Positions 29,411 through 38,605 of a stretch of DNA of 64,000 bases are shown here, one piece after another. The position numbers and the translations under genes are program-made. Under the pieces are notes generated by a model. It was given only the letters and a program-made list of their open reading frames with translations, did no database searches and was not told where the DNA came from. Location: contig CAVQWQ010000034.1 in assembly GCA_963717645.1 (NCBI GenBank), positions 256,232 through 320,231 of the forward strand, given 5' to 3'. Each line of letters starts with the position of its first letter. Position 1 is the first letter of the stretch. This DNA is from an uncultured Actinomycetes bacterium (lineage in GTDB: Bacteria; Actinomycetota; Acidimicrobiia; Acidimicrobiales; AC-9).

Positions 29411-29618
29411 CGTCCGACGCACCTCCATCGCTCGGCTTAGCGCTGTTCCCAGCGAGCCGTTGTTGCGTTCTCTGGGTCACCGGCCTGATCCTCGCGAAAC
29501 GATTGCAGCGGACACAAGTTCGATACAGTCATCAGGCTCACTGGCACCGTCGCGTGCCCGTCCGACTGATGGCTAAGCGAGCACACGAACGAGACTTATC
29601 GGCCGCCCTTTAGGGTCG

Positions 29619-30212
29619 TTATCTCGGGGCCTTCGCCTTGAATGTGGCAGATCGATGCTGTCGTTCAGCCTCGGCCTGCACCGAGTCCAGGGTTCGGGTC
29701 ACAGCACGCTCCCACTGCTGAGCCACGAGGCGGCCCCACCGGTCGCCCAGCGCCCACAGATCGGTGGCCAATGTCCCTCGGTACTCGAATTGGGTGTCTC
29801 CGTTCACCTCCTCGAGCGTGAACGTCTCGACAACCTCCGGGACAGGACCCCGGACGAGCCGGAACGAGATCCGCTGAGGCCGGTCGAAGCCCACCGTCTC
29901 TACCGTGGTTGCCGTCATCCCCGTGCCCACGGGCGTGAAATGAGCGGCGAGGACCATGTCGGTGCCCCGCTCGATCACGCGCACCTTGTCCTCGAGAGCG
30001 TGGGGCGTCTTGCGCAGGTAAGGCAAGGCGATGATGTCAAAGACCGTTTCGCGCGGTGCGCTGATACGCCGCCGCAGCGGCCCGAGGTCTCGTGTGCGCC
30101 GTCCGATCCCGAGGTCGAGCGTCACGGCTCCCCGCACGATCCCGACGTAGCCGCCGGCGAGCGCGGTGACCAGCCCAGCGAGGCCTACGGCCCGCCGAAT
30201 GGGGGTACCCAT
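29619..30212 (-). CDS. SRPBCC (polyketide-cyclase/Bet v1-like) domain protein with N-terminal hydrophobic segment
   Basis: TM-like AVGLAGLVTALAGGYVGIV, followed by an SRPBCC-like beta/alpha pattern. Confidence 0.55.
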   Translation of the reverse strand: MGTPIRRAVGLAGLVTALAGGYVGIVRGAVTLDLGIGRRTRDLGPLRRRISAPRETVFDIIALPYLRKTPHALEDKVRVIERGTDMVLAAHFTPVGTGMTATTVETVGFDRPQRISFRLVRGPVPEVVETFTLEEVNGDTQFEYRGTLATDLWALGDRWGRLVAQQWERAVTRTLDSVQAEAERQHRSATFKAKAPR

Positions 30213-30603
30213 GGACGACAAGGCTATTGCTTCGTGAGCTGGGCCCCTAGCGAGGAAGCTCCGAGAGCGACCTCGACACCTGCGCGCTCGATTCGTTCGG
30301 CCCCCGGGTCGCCGGATTCCTTCGGAACCCATGGGGACGAAGTGTCGTACGGGACCAACGTCAACTGGCTCATGCTGGGACAGGTCGCCAGGCGTCCCGT
30401 GACGCGCAGTTGCTGGAAGTTGTAGACCTGCTGCATCGCCAGCTCCTGAGCCAGATCAAGTGGCTGAGGAGCCAAATCAAGGAGGCGACGCCTCAGGTCC
30501 TCCTAGCCTGACCTTGGAGACCGCATGGCGCGGACAGAAGGGAGCATTAGCCGACCAGCAGTCTTTCCAAGAGCAGCACCCAGCCGAGCTCGCTGTTGGT
30601 GAG

Positions 30604-30675
30604 TGCGCCCCCTGGGATTCGAACCCAGAACCTGCGGATTAAGAGTCCGTTGCTCTACCGTTGAGCTAGAGGCGC
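30604..30675 (-). tRNA. tRNA-Lys (anticodon CTT)
   Basis: Manual cloverleaf: acceptor GCGCCTC/GGGGCGC with one G-U pair; D-arm GCTC-AACGGTA-GAGC; anticodon loop CTCTTAA; T-arm CTGGG-TTCGAAT-CCCAG; discriminator A. CCA is not encoded. Confidence 0.85.
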
Positions 30676-30814
30676 CGTGTGGATGCTAGTAGCCGAGGCC
30701 GAGTGTCCCGCACCGGGGGGCGCCTTCGCCATCCTGGCCAGAGGCTCGGCTGGGGCCGCCGTATGGTTCCACCTTCTCTGGGCACGGCCGCGCTACAGCG
30801 CTGGCGCCCTCAGG

Positions 30815-31132
30815 TCACGCCCTCGTGCGACCCCCTGGGAGACGCTCGGCGATTCGCGCGACCCGCTCGCTGATTCCCTGCAGCGGCTCGACCGCGGCGG
30901 CCAGGACCGCGCTGGAGGCGTTGAGACGCTCGACCGCCCGGTCGATGGTCTCGAGCCGCGCGACCGTGGCCCTGGTCGTGTCGTCGAGCCTGTCCAGCCG
31001 GTCGAGCAGATCTACCTCGAAGTTGACCAGCTTGTCAGCTGTCTCAGCGAGGCGTCTGCTGGACGTGGCGAGAAGGTGGATGTCATCCCTCGCCTGCAGC
31101 AGAAAGCGAAGGGGAACCAGGATCGAGTTCAT
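30815..31132 (-). CDS. Hypothetical ~105-aa coiled-coil protein located between the two tRNA genes
   Basis: High-GC3 frame reading LAETADKLVNFEVDLLDRLDRLDDTTRATVARLETIDRAVERL. Function unknown. Confidence 0.35.
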   Translation of the reverse strand: MNSILVPLRFLLQARDDIHLLATSSRRLAETADKLVNFEVDLLDRLDRLDDTTRATVARLETIDRAVERLNASSAVLAAAVEPLQGISERVARIAERLPGGRTRA

Positions 31133-31324
31133 TCGCGGACAGAGCATAGGCGAGCAAGCGTTCGAGCAAAATGTCCGCCGCCGTGTGTTGCAAGCGTCGT
31201 GCCCACTTGCTAGCATCGAACACACGTTCGGGACCACAAGTTCCGTGCCTCGTGGGCGGGGCAGTCACCGCCCTCCTCTCATCAGTCGAGCGCGCGAAGG
31301 GCGCGCCGCGAGCGCGAGGAGCGG

Positions 31325-31700
31325 CATGGCCGAGCGGCCAATGGTGGCGAGCCGGGCCCTGCGGGAGGCGCTGGGCGGCCTGGAGCCCGAGCGGCTCGCA
31401 GGTGAGGACTGCGCCACCCTGGCGGAGGACCTGGCCCGCACCGAGAAGGCCTGCGCCGCGCCAGAGCGCCTGGCGGCCAGGGCGGCTGTGTGCGGGGCCC
31501 CGGTGCCGGTGGGCGTGGCGCGACGGGTGGCCGAGGAGGCCGCGATCAAGGCGGTGATCCACGACGGGGTGCGCATGAGCGCAAGGCCGAGGAGGACCGA
31601 CAGGCGGGGCTGCGGGGCAGCGGCGGGAACGGGCGGGCGCGAGAGCCGCCGTGAGCACGCCGTTGGGGGAGGGGCGAAGAGGGTGACCGAGGGGACTTGA
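31325..31700 (+). CDS. Small hypothetical ORF (possible remnant; its N-terminus loosely resembles DUF222/13E12-type proteins). The 3' end runs into tRNA-His.
   Basis: Very high GC3 over the first ~85 codons (MAERPMVASRALREALGGLEPERLAGEDCATLAEDLARTEKACAAPERLAARA). The C-terminus is low-complexity. Confidence 0.25.
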
Positions 31701-31756
31701 ACCCCCGACCTCCAGGGCCACAACCTGGCGCTCTAACCGACTGAGCTACGGCCACC
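31682..31756 (-). tRNA. tRNA-His (anticodon GTG) with encoded G-1
   Basis: Manual fold: G-1 pairs with discriminator C73; acceptor GTGGCCG/CGGTCAC; anticodon loop TTGTGGC; T-arm GGGGG-TTCAAGT-CCCCT. Confidence 0.85.
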
Positions 31757-31905
31757 GTGTGGTCCAAGCATGGCACAGCGTATGGGGGCCGCCGGCCGTC
31801 ACGGGTTAGCATCTCAGGGGCATGGGGTCGGCTGGGGACGACGGACGCCACGGGGTGGCGCCGGCGGCAAGAGGGGAGGATGTGCACGCCCGGGCGCTGC
31901 ACCAG

Positions 31906-33219
31906 ATGGGCGTGCGCGGGAATCGGATCTACCTGGGCGCGGGAGCGCAGGGTTGGGCCTTGGCGGCGCGGGAGTCGGCGGTGCTCGTGCTGGGTCCACC
32001 GCGTTCGGGCAAGACCACCGCCATCGTCGTTCCGGCCATCCTGGCTTCCAACGGCGCGGTGGTGTCGACGTCGACCAAGCTCGACGTGCTGAGCGCGACG
32101 GCAGCGGCGCGGGGGCGGCTGGGCACGTGTTGGGTGTTCGACCCGTCGGGCCAGGTCGCGGTGCCTGCCGGGGTGACGCCGCTGCACTGGTCGCCGGTCG
32201 CGGCTTCGCGCCGGTGGGACGGGGCCCTGGTGATGGCTCGCGGCATGTTGGGAGCCACCCGGCTGGCAGGAGGCGTCGCCGACGCGTCCCACTGGGTGGA
32301 GCGGGCCGAGACCCTCCTGGCGCCGTTGCTGCACGCGGCGGCGCTCGGTGGACACGCGATGGAGTTCGTGTTCCGGGCCGTCCACCGTGCCGATCTCGAC
32401 GCCGCGGCGACGATCCTGGCGGCCAACGACGCCGGGATCGCCCTGGATGTCCTACAGCGCATCGCCACCACCGAAGCACGCGAGCGCAGCAGCATCCTCT
32501 CCACGGCGGCGGGGGCGCTGGTCGCCTACCGGTCACCGGCTGCGCTGGCCCAGGCCAGCTCGCCGAACTTCGATCCCGCCCTCTTTCCGACCAGCCTCGA
32601 CACCATCTACGTGTGCGCGCCGGCGCGCCAGCAGGCGCTGGTCGCGCCCATCGTCGTCGGGCTCATCGAGGAGATCCGCTCGGCGACCTACGCGCATGCA
32701 GCGCACGAGCTCATCAAGGGAGCCACGGTGGACCCGCCGGTGCTGCTCGCGTTGGACGAGGTCGCCAATGTGGCGCCCCTTCCCGATCTGGCCGCGGTCG
32801 TGTCGGACGGAGCGAGCCAAGGTCTCCTCACTCTCGCCTGCCTCCAGGATCTGTCCCAGGCGAGCGCGCGCTGGGGGCACTCGGCGGACGGGTTCATGTC
32901 GTTGTTCGGGACAAAGGTGATCCTGCCCGGGATCGGCGACCACCGCACCCTCGAGCTCGTATCCGTCCTGGCCGGCGAGGCGGACGTCGCAGTGCGCTCG
33001 GTATCGAAGAGCCCGTGGCGCCCGAGGACCCGCGTTCCCCGCTCCAGCGTCACCACGTCGACGAGGCGACAGCGGCGGCTGCCGGTCGACTCGGTCGCCC
33101 AGGGTCGCGTCGGCCACGCCCTCGTGATCGACGGGCCCAAGGCTCCGGGGTGGATGCGGCTCACCCCGTGGTACGCCACCCCACCGTGGTCAGAGATCGC
33201 CCGCCCGCGTCAAGAGTAA
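31906..33219 (+). CDS. TraD/TraG/VirD4-family type IV secretion coupling protein (TraG-D_C-type), with no N-terminal TM segment
   Basis: Walker A VLGPPRSGKTT. VLLALDEVANVAPLPDL and GLLTLACLQDLSQASARWGHSADGFMSLFGTKVILPGIGD match the TraG-D_C region. Confidence 0.7.
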   Translation: MGVRGNRIYLGAGAQGWALAARESAVLVLGPPRSGKTTAIVVPAILASNGAVVSTSTKLDVLSATAAARGRLGTCWVFDPSGQVAVPAGVTPLHWSPVAASRRWDGALVMARGMLGATRLAGGVADASHWVERAETLLAPLLHAAALGGHAMEFVFRAVHRADLDAAATILAANDAGIALDVLQRIATTEARERSSILSTAAGALVAYRSPAALAQASSPNFDPALFPTSLDTIYVCAPARQQALVAPIVVGLIEEIRSATYAHAAHELIKGATVDPPVLLALDEVANVAPLPDLAAVVSDGASQGLLTLACLQDLSQASARWGHSADGFMSLFGTKVILPGIGDHRTLELVSVLAGEADVAVRSVSKSPWRPRTRVPRSSVTTSTRRQRRLPVDSVAQGRVGHALVIDGPKAPGWMRLTPWYATPPWSEIARPRQE

Positions 33220-34118
33220 CGGGCGTCGGGGGAGGGATTGCCCTCGCTCCGCACCCGCCCCGTCTCGACCAGGTGCAGCAGGTGTGCGTAGGTCGAACGG
33301 GCCGCGGCGGGATGAAGCTCAGGAGCGACGTCGGCGTAGATGACCGGGACCATCGCCTGGATCGTGTCTCGCCCGGCCGCCAGGCAGTCCATGATCTGCC
33401 CCTCGCGGTGCTCTCGATGGGCGATGAACGCCCGAACCAGCGCCTTGGGGTCGCGCACGGGCGGGCCGTGCGTGGGCCAGTAGACCTCATCGTCGCGCAG
33501 CAGCAGAAGCTCGAGGCTGCGGAGGTAGTCGCCCATGTGACCCTCGGGGGGCGAGACCACGCTTGTCGACCAGCCCATCACGTGATCGCCGGAGAACAGC
33601 CCGCGCTCCTCGACGAGGGCGTAGCAGACATGGTTCGAGATGTGGCCCGGTGTGGCGAGACACTCGATCGTCCACCCGTTCCCGTGAACGATGTCACCGT
33701 GGTGAACGGTCACGTCGGGCACGAAATCCGTGTCGCCCGCCTCCTCGAACCCCTCAGCGCCACCGACCGGATGCGGGCCCCAGCCGTAGGTGGGGGCGCC
33801 GGTCTGCTCCTGGAGAAGACGAGCCGCCGGTGAGTGGTCACGGTGGGTGTGGGTCACCAGGATGTGGCTCACCGTGGCGCCGCCGAGGGCGGTCATGATG
33901 GCGGCGACGTGCTCGGCCAGCTCGGGACCCGGATCGACGATGGCCACGCCGTCCTTGCCGACAAGATGGGTGCCCGTGCCGGTGAACGTGAACTTGTTGG
34001 GGTTGTTGGCCACCACCCGGCGGACGAGCGGCGAGATCTGGTCGGGGACGCCGTAGGCGAGCTCGATGTCCCGGCTCAGCGGCAGTGTCGGCGGTGCTCG
34101 CCTCACATTCCCGCCCAA
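33210..34118 (-). CDS. MBL-fold metallo-hydrolase
   Basis: ILVTHTHRDH (HxHxDH) and a downstream LATPGHISNH. Confidence 0.8.
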   Translation of the reverse strand: MGGNVRRAPPTLPLSRDIELAYGVPDQISPLVRRVVANNPNKFTFTGTGTHLVGKDGVAIVDPGPELAEHVAAIMTALGGATVSHILVTHTHRDHSPAARLLQEQTGAPTYGWGPHPVGGAEGFEEAGDTDFVPDVTVHHGDIVHGNGWTIECLATPGHISNHVCYALVEERGLFSGDHVMGWSTSVVSPPEGHMGDYLRSLELLLLRDDEVYWPTHGPPVRDPKALVRAFIAHREHREGQIMDCLAAGRDTIQAMVPVIYADVAPELHPAAARSTYAHLLHLVETGRVRSEGNPSPDARYS

Positions 34119-34354
34119 CCCCCACCCGACCGCGTCCCCGCCATCTCGTCGGGCCGGGACCGGCGACGACCCGAGCGGGCGATCGACTCCGGGCTGTCGC
34201 CGAGGTAGGAGGAGATCACGCCCGCGTCCCTCAGCACGGCGCCCGGCTCGCCGGCGGCGATGATCGTGGCGAGGCGCATTCGCACCAGGCGGTTGGCGAT
34301 AGGCGATACGAGCGGCACGTCGTGCTCGATGATGACAAACGCGGCTCCCGTCTG
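34103..34354 (-). pseudogene. C-terminal remnant of a branched-chain-amino-acid-type ABC transporter ATP-binding gene (LivG/LivF-like)
   Basis: AAFVIIEHDVPLVSPIANRLVRMRLATIIAAGEPGAVLRDAGVISSYLG is the characteristic C-terminus of LivG/F ATPases. There is no Walker A/B upstream; the rest of the ORF is low-complexity. Confidence 0.45.
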
Positions 34355-34553
34355 CTTCCTGACCTGCAGCGGCGGCTCGCCGAGGCCCTCCGTCGGGGGA
34401 CCTGGCCCGTTCCTGGCCCGCGGTGGACGCCCCTCACGGCGGTGCCGGCCGAGCATCTGGCCGGCTGTCGCCGTCAGCCCCGACCTCCGGGCGCCGCCTA
34501 GTGTCTCGGGGAACGCCCGCGTCCCGACCGCGGGGCTGCCAACGGGATGGGAC

Positions 34554-35417
34554 ATGAAGATCGCCCGCTTCAGCCATGAAGGTGTGACCCGGCTCGGAGT
34601 CGTGCTCGGCGAGGAGATCGCCGACCTCGGGGTCGACCGCTTTCCGACCGACCTCGGCAAACTCGTGGCCGACGACGGCCTCGAGGCGGCATCCGCCGCC
34701 GCGTCCTCCGCGCCACGCCTCGCGCAGGCCGAGGTCCGGCTGGAGGCGCCCCTTGCTCGCCCACCCGAGTTCCTCGCCATCGGCCTCAACTACCGCTCCC
34801 ACGCGGCCGAGACGGGCCAGCCGTTACCGAGCGTGCCGGTGTTCTTCAACAAGCAGTCGTCCTGCGTCGCAGGGCCGACGGCCGATGTCCACATACCGCG
34901 GGTTGCACCGGACCATGTCGACTACGAGGGCGAGCTCGGGTTCGTGATCGGCCGGCGATGTCGCCACGTACCGCGCGAACGCGCCAGTGAGGTCATCGCC
35001 GGGTTCGTGGTGGTCGACGACGTGAGCGTGCGGGACTGGCAGTGGGCTTCACCCACATGGACAATGGGCAAGTCCTTCGACACCCACGGTCCGATCGGGC
35101 CGTGGCTGGTCTCGCCCGACGAGGTCGGCGACCCTCACGCTCTGGGTCTCCGTACATGGGTGAACGGCGAGCTCCGTCAGGAAGCGAGGACCGACGACCT
35201 CGTCTTCGACTGCTACGACCAGATCGCCCATCTGTCGACTGCCTTCACCCTCCAGCCCGGCACGATCGTCTCCACCGGGACGCCCTCCGGCGTGGGGTTT
35301 GCCCGCACACCTCCCGCCCTGCTCGCCCCGGGCGACGTGGTGCGTATCGAGATCGAGCGGGTAGGCGCCATCGAGAACCGTCTCGTGCCCGAACCCGAGG
35401 ACACCGCCCTCCTCTGA
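34554..35417 (+). CDS. Fumarylacetoacetate-hydrolase (FAH) family protein
   Basis: FLAIGLNYRSHAAE, VDYEGELGFVIG and IVSTGTPSGVG. Confidence 0.8.
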   Translation: MKIARFSHEGVTRLGVVLGEEIADLGVDRFPTDLGKLVADDGLEAASAAASSAPRLAQAEVRLEAPLARPPEFLAIGLNYRSHAAETGQPLPSVPVFFNKQSSCVAGPTADVHIPRVAPDHVDYEGELGFVIGRRCRHVPRERASEVIAGFVVVDDVSVRDWQWASPTWTMGKSFDTHGPIGPWLVSPDEVGDPHALGLRTWVNGELRQEARTDDLVFDCYDQIAHLSTAFTLQPGTIVSTGTPSGVGFARTPPALLAPGDVVRIEIERVGAIENRLVPEPEDTALL

Positions 35418-35679
35418 TCATCAGCGTAAAGACCCCAGAAGATCAGTGGTTCTACTGATGACGGCCTCGATGGGCATCCGTGCGGCCTCCCAGGAGCTCG
35501 TGCTCCGATCCCTGACGAGAGGCGTGCCCGGATGTCCCTACATGCCCATTTCCGAGCCCACGCGCCGATCGCGTTCGTTCCCGACGCCCGCTCATCGGCG
35601 CGGAGGCTGCGGCCTGAACGGGGGCGCGTAGTCGGCAGATAGATTGACTGTTTCGCTCCACATCGTTTCTCGAGGGCTG

Positions 35680-36693
35680 ATGGCCGACACCATGATCGAG
35701 GTGTCCGGCGTCAAGAAGGCGTTCGGCACCACCCAAGCACTCTGCGGCGTCGACCTGGCTGCTGATCGGGCCAAGGTCCTCGGTCTGCTCGGCCCCAACG
35801 GCGCCGGGAAGACGACGCTGGTCCGCATCCTGGCCACGCTGCTGGCCCCTGACGAGGGGTATGCCCGCATCGCCGGCCTCGACGTCGTGCGCGACGCCGA
35901 CAACATTCGTCCCCTGATCGGCCTCGCCGGCCAGTACGCGGCGGTCGACGAGACGCTGACGGGGCGGGAGAACCTGCAGCTCGTCGGGCGCCTCTACCAC
36001 CTGGGCCGGGCGGAGATCAGCCGTCGGGCCGACGAGGTGCTCGAGCGGTTCTCGCTTACCCACGCCGCCGATCGCCAGGTGAAGACCTACTCGGGCGGCA
36101 TGCGGCGCCGCCTCGACCTCGGCGCCAGCCTCGTCGCCAACCCGCCGGTGCTCATCCTCGACGAGCCGACGACCGGGCTCGACCCCCGCAGCCGGGTCGA
36201 GATGTGGGGCTTCATCGAGAGCCTGGTGGCGGACGGCACGACCATCCTCCTCACTACCCAGTACCTGGACGAGGCGGACCGCCTGGCCCACCAGATAGCC
36301 GTGATCGATTACGGAAGGGTGATCGCCGAGGGCACGGCGGACGAGCTCAAGAACCAGCTGGGCGGCGACGTGGTCGAGCTGCGGGTCGCCAACGCGGACG
36401 AGCTGGACAAGGCCCTCGCCGCCATCGCCGGGCTCGGGGACGGGACGCCCCAGGTCGACGCCGATCAGCGGCGCATGACGCTGCCGGCCAAGGGTGGCGC
36501 CGCCACCCTGATGGCTGCCGCCCGCCGCCTCGACGAGAGCGAGGTCACCCTGGAGGACCTGAGCCTGCGCCGGCCGTCGCTCGACGACGTGTTCATGGCC
36601 CTCACCGGCCACGGCGCCGGCGCCGACGGTGAGGACGGCGACGAGCCGGCGCCAGCCGACGACGCCCCCCGCCGGCGAAGGAGGAGGACATGA
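35680..36693 (+). CDS. ABC transporter ATP-binding protein (DrrA-like)
   Basis: Walker A GPNGAGKTT, ABC signature YSGGMRRRL and Walker B VLILDEPTTGLD. Confidence 0.85.
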   Translation: MADTMIEVSGVKKAFGTTQALCGVDLAADRAKVLGLLGPNGAGKTTLVRILATLLAPDEGYARIAGLDVVRDADNIRPLIGLAGQYAAVDETLTGRENLQLVGRLYHLGRAEISRRADEVLERFSLTHAADRQVKTYSGGMRRRLDLGASLVANPPVLILDEPTTGLDPRSRVEMWGFIESLVADGTTILLTTQYLDEADRLAHQIAVIDYGRVIAEGTADELKNQLGGDVVELRVANADELDKALAAIAGLGDGTPQVDADQRRMTLPAKGGAATLMAAARRLDESEVTLEDLSLRRPSLDDVFMALTGHGAGADGEDGDEPAPADDAPRRRRRRT

Positions 36694-37499
36694 CCGCGAC
36701 CGTCACGACCGCTCCTACCGTGCGTCAGGCGCGACCGATCACGCCGCTGGTCGCCGTCGGCGACACCGCCGCCATCGCCAAGCGCAACCTGCTGCGCGTC
36801 GCCCGGACTCCGCAGCTGCTGGTGTTCTCCACCATCCAGCCGGTGATGTTCGTGCTGCTGTTCCGCTACGTCTTCGGTGGCGCCATCCATACGCCGGGGA
36901 GCACCTACGTCGACTACCTGATGGCCGGGATCTTCGTCCAGACCACCCTGTTCGGCGGCGCCCAGACCGCCGTCGGGCTGGCCGAGGACCTGCGAGGAGG
37001 CATCGTCGACCGCTTCAGGTCGCTGCCCATGGCTCGCTCGGCGGTGCTGGCCGGTCGCACCTTCGCCGATCTGGCTCGCAACGTCTTCGTGCTCCTCCTG
37101 ATGGTCATCGTGGCCACCGGGGTCGGATTCCGCTTCCACAACGGCCCCGTGCCGGACCTGGTGGCGATGCTGGTGGTGCTGGCCTTCGGGTACGCCTTCT
37201 CGTGGGTCTTCGCCTACATCGGGATGGTCGTCAAGGAGCCGGAGACGGCCCAGGTGGCGGGGTTCATCCCGCTGTTCCCGCTGGTGTTCGCGAGCTCGGC
37301 GTTCGTGCCGGTGGCGACGATGCCCGGATGGCTCCAGGGCTTCGCCCGCGTGCAGCCGGTGAGCGTCACCGTCAACGCCGTGCGCGCCCTCACCGAGGGC
37401 GGGCCCGTCTACCACTGGCTGTGGCAGATGGTCGTCTGGACCGGGCTCATCCTGGTCGTCTTCATCCCGCTGGCTGTCGCCCGGTACCGCCGGATCTGA
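36690..37499 (+). CDS. ABC-2 type transporter permease (DrrB-like)
   Basis: Six predicted TM helices. ATGA overlap with the ATPase gene. Confidence 0.8.
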   Translation: MTATVTTAPTVRQARPITPLVAVGDTAAIAKRNLLRVARTPQLLVFSTIQPVMFVLLFRYVFGGAIHTPGSTYVDYLMAGIFVQTTLFGGAQTAVGLAEDLRGGIVDRFRSLPMARSAVLAGRTFADLARNVFVLLLMVIVATGVGFRFHNGPVPDLVAMLVVLAFGYAFSWVFAYIGMVVKEPETAQVAGFIPLFPLVFASSAFVPVATMPGWLQGFARVQPVSVTVNAVRALTEGGPVYHWLWQMVVWTGLILVVFIPLAVARYRRI

Positions 37500-37514
37500 G
37501 CCGCCGGCCGCGCC

Positions 37515-38546
37515 CTACGGGTGCATGGACCGGCTCAGCGCCTCGAGCTGGGTTCCGGTGCCGATGGCGATGAGGATGTGGCCGGCCTCGATCTTCAGGT
37601 CCGGGCTGGGATTGGTCGTGAACTCGCCCGCCTCGTCCCTCATCGCCAACACGAGGGCGCCGGTCCGGTCCCGGATGCGGGCGTCGCGCAGGGTCCGCCC
37701 GTCGAGCGGCGATCCTTGGGGCACCGGCACCTCCTCGAGGCGGAACTCGAGGCTGCCGTCGTGCATCACCACGTCGACGAACTCGGCCACGTGGGGCTGG
37801 AGGGCGAAGGCGGCCATGCGGGCGCCGCCGACGCCGGCCGGGTTGACCACACGGTCGGCGCCCGCCTGGACGAGCTTGTCGATCGAGGCGTCGGCGTTGG
37901 CCCTGGCCACGATGAACAGATCGGGGCACAGCGAGCGCGCCGTCAACGTGACGTACAGGTTCTCGGGGTCGGCGTTGAGGGCGGTCACGAGCACACCGGC
38001 CCGCTCGATCCCCGCCGCCCTGAGCACGGCGTCGTCGGTGGCGTCCCCCTGCACGGTGAGGGCGGGCGTAGGCGGGAGTCGCGCCGGTGACACGTCGACC
38101 ACGACCATGTCGTGGTCCGTGCCGGCCACCTGGCGGGCAATGGCCTGGCCGACTCGTCCCCACCCGCAGAGGATCAGGTGGCCTCGCAGGTTCTCGATCC
38201 GTCGTTCCATGCGTCTCCTCGCCACCAGATCGGTCACATGGCCCTCGACAAAGCTGTCGACGAGCACGCTGAAGGTGTAGGCCGCCGTCCCCACTCCGGC
38301 CAGGATCAGGAAGATGCTGAAGATCTCGCCCGGGGCGCCGAAGTTGTGGACCTCGCGGAACCCCACCGTGGTGATGGTCACGATGGTCTGGAACAGGGCG
38401 TCTACGAAGCTGTAGCCCAGGCCGACGAAGCCGGCCGTGCCACACACGACGATGACCAGCAGGGCCAGGAGGCCGGTCCTCAGGCGGCGGGCGGTGCCCA
38501 GCCCCGACTCGCCGCGCCACCGCCGCCCCTCGCCGCGCCACCGCAT
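37515..38546 (-). CDS. Potassium-channel protein with pore helix/filter (TITTVGFRE) and TrkA-N/TrkA-C (RCK) domains
   Basis: Two TM segments plus TVGF, then a Rossmann-like HLILCGWGRVGQAIARQV and a TrkA-C region. Confidence 0.7.
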   Translation of the reverse strand: MRWRGEGRRWRGESGLGTARRLRTGLLALLVIVVCGTAGFVGLGYSFVDALFQTIVTITTVGFREVHNFGAPGEIFSIFLILAGVGTAAYTFSVLVDSFVEGHVTDLVARRRMERRIENLRGHLILCGWGRVGQAIARQVAGTDHDMVVVDVSPARLPPTPALTVQGDATDDAVLRAAGIERAGVLVTALNADPENLYVTLTARSLCPDLFIVARANADASIDKLVQAGADRVVNPAGVGGARMAAFALQPHVAEFVDVVMHDGSLEFRLEEVPVPQGSPLDGRTLRDARIRDRTGALVLAMRDEAGEFTTNPSPDLKIEAGHILIAIGTGTQLEALSRSMHP

Positions 38547-38605
38547 CGCCCTCACCACCCCATTGTGGCTGGCGCGTCTGGAACGGTCGCCGACCAACGC
38601 CCACA

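Noticed and set aside
35452-36612. 386-aa minus ORF
   Set aside because: Antisense to the DrrA-like ABC ATPase gene, which has Walker A/B and signature motifs.
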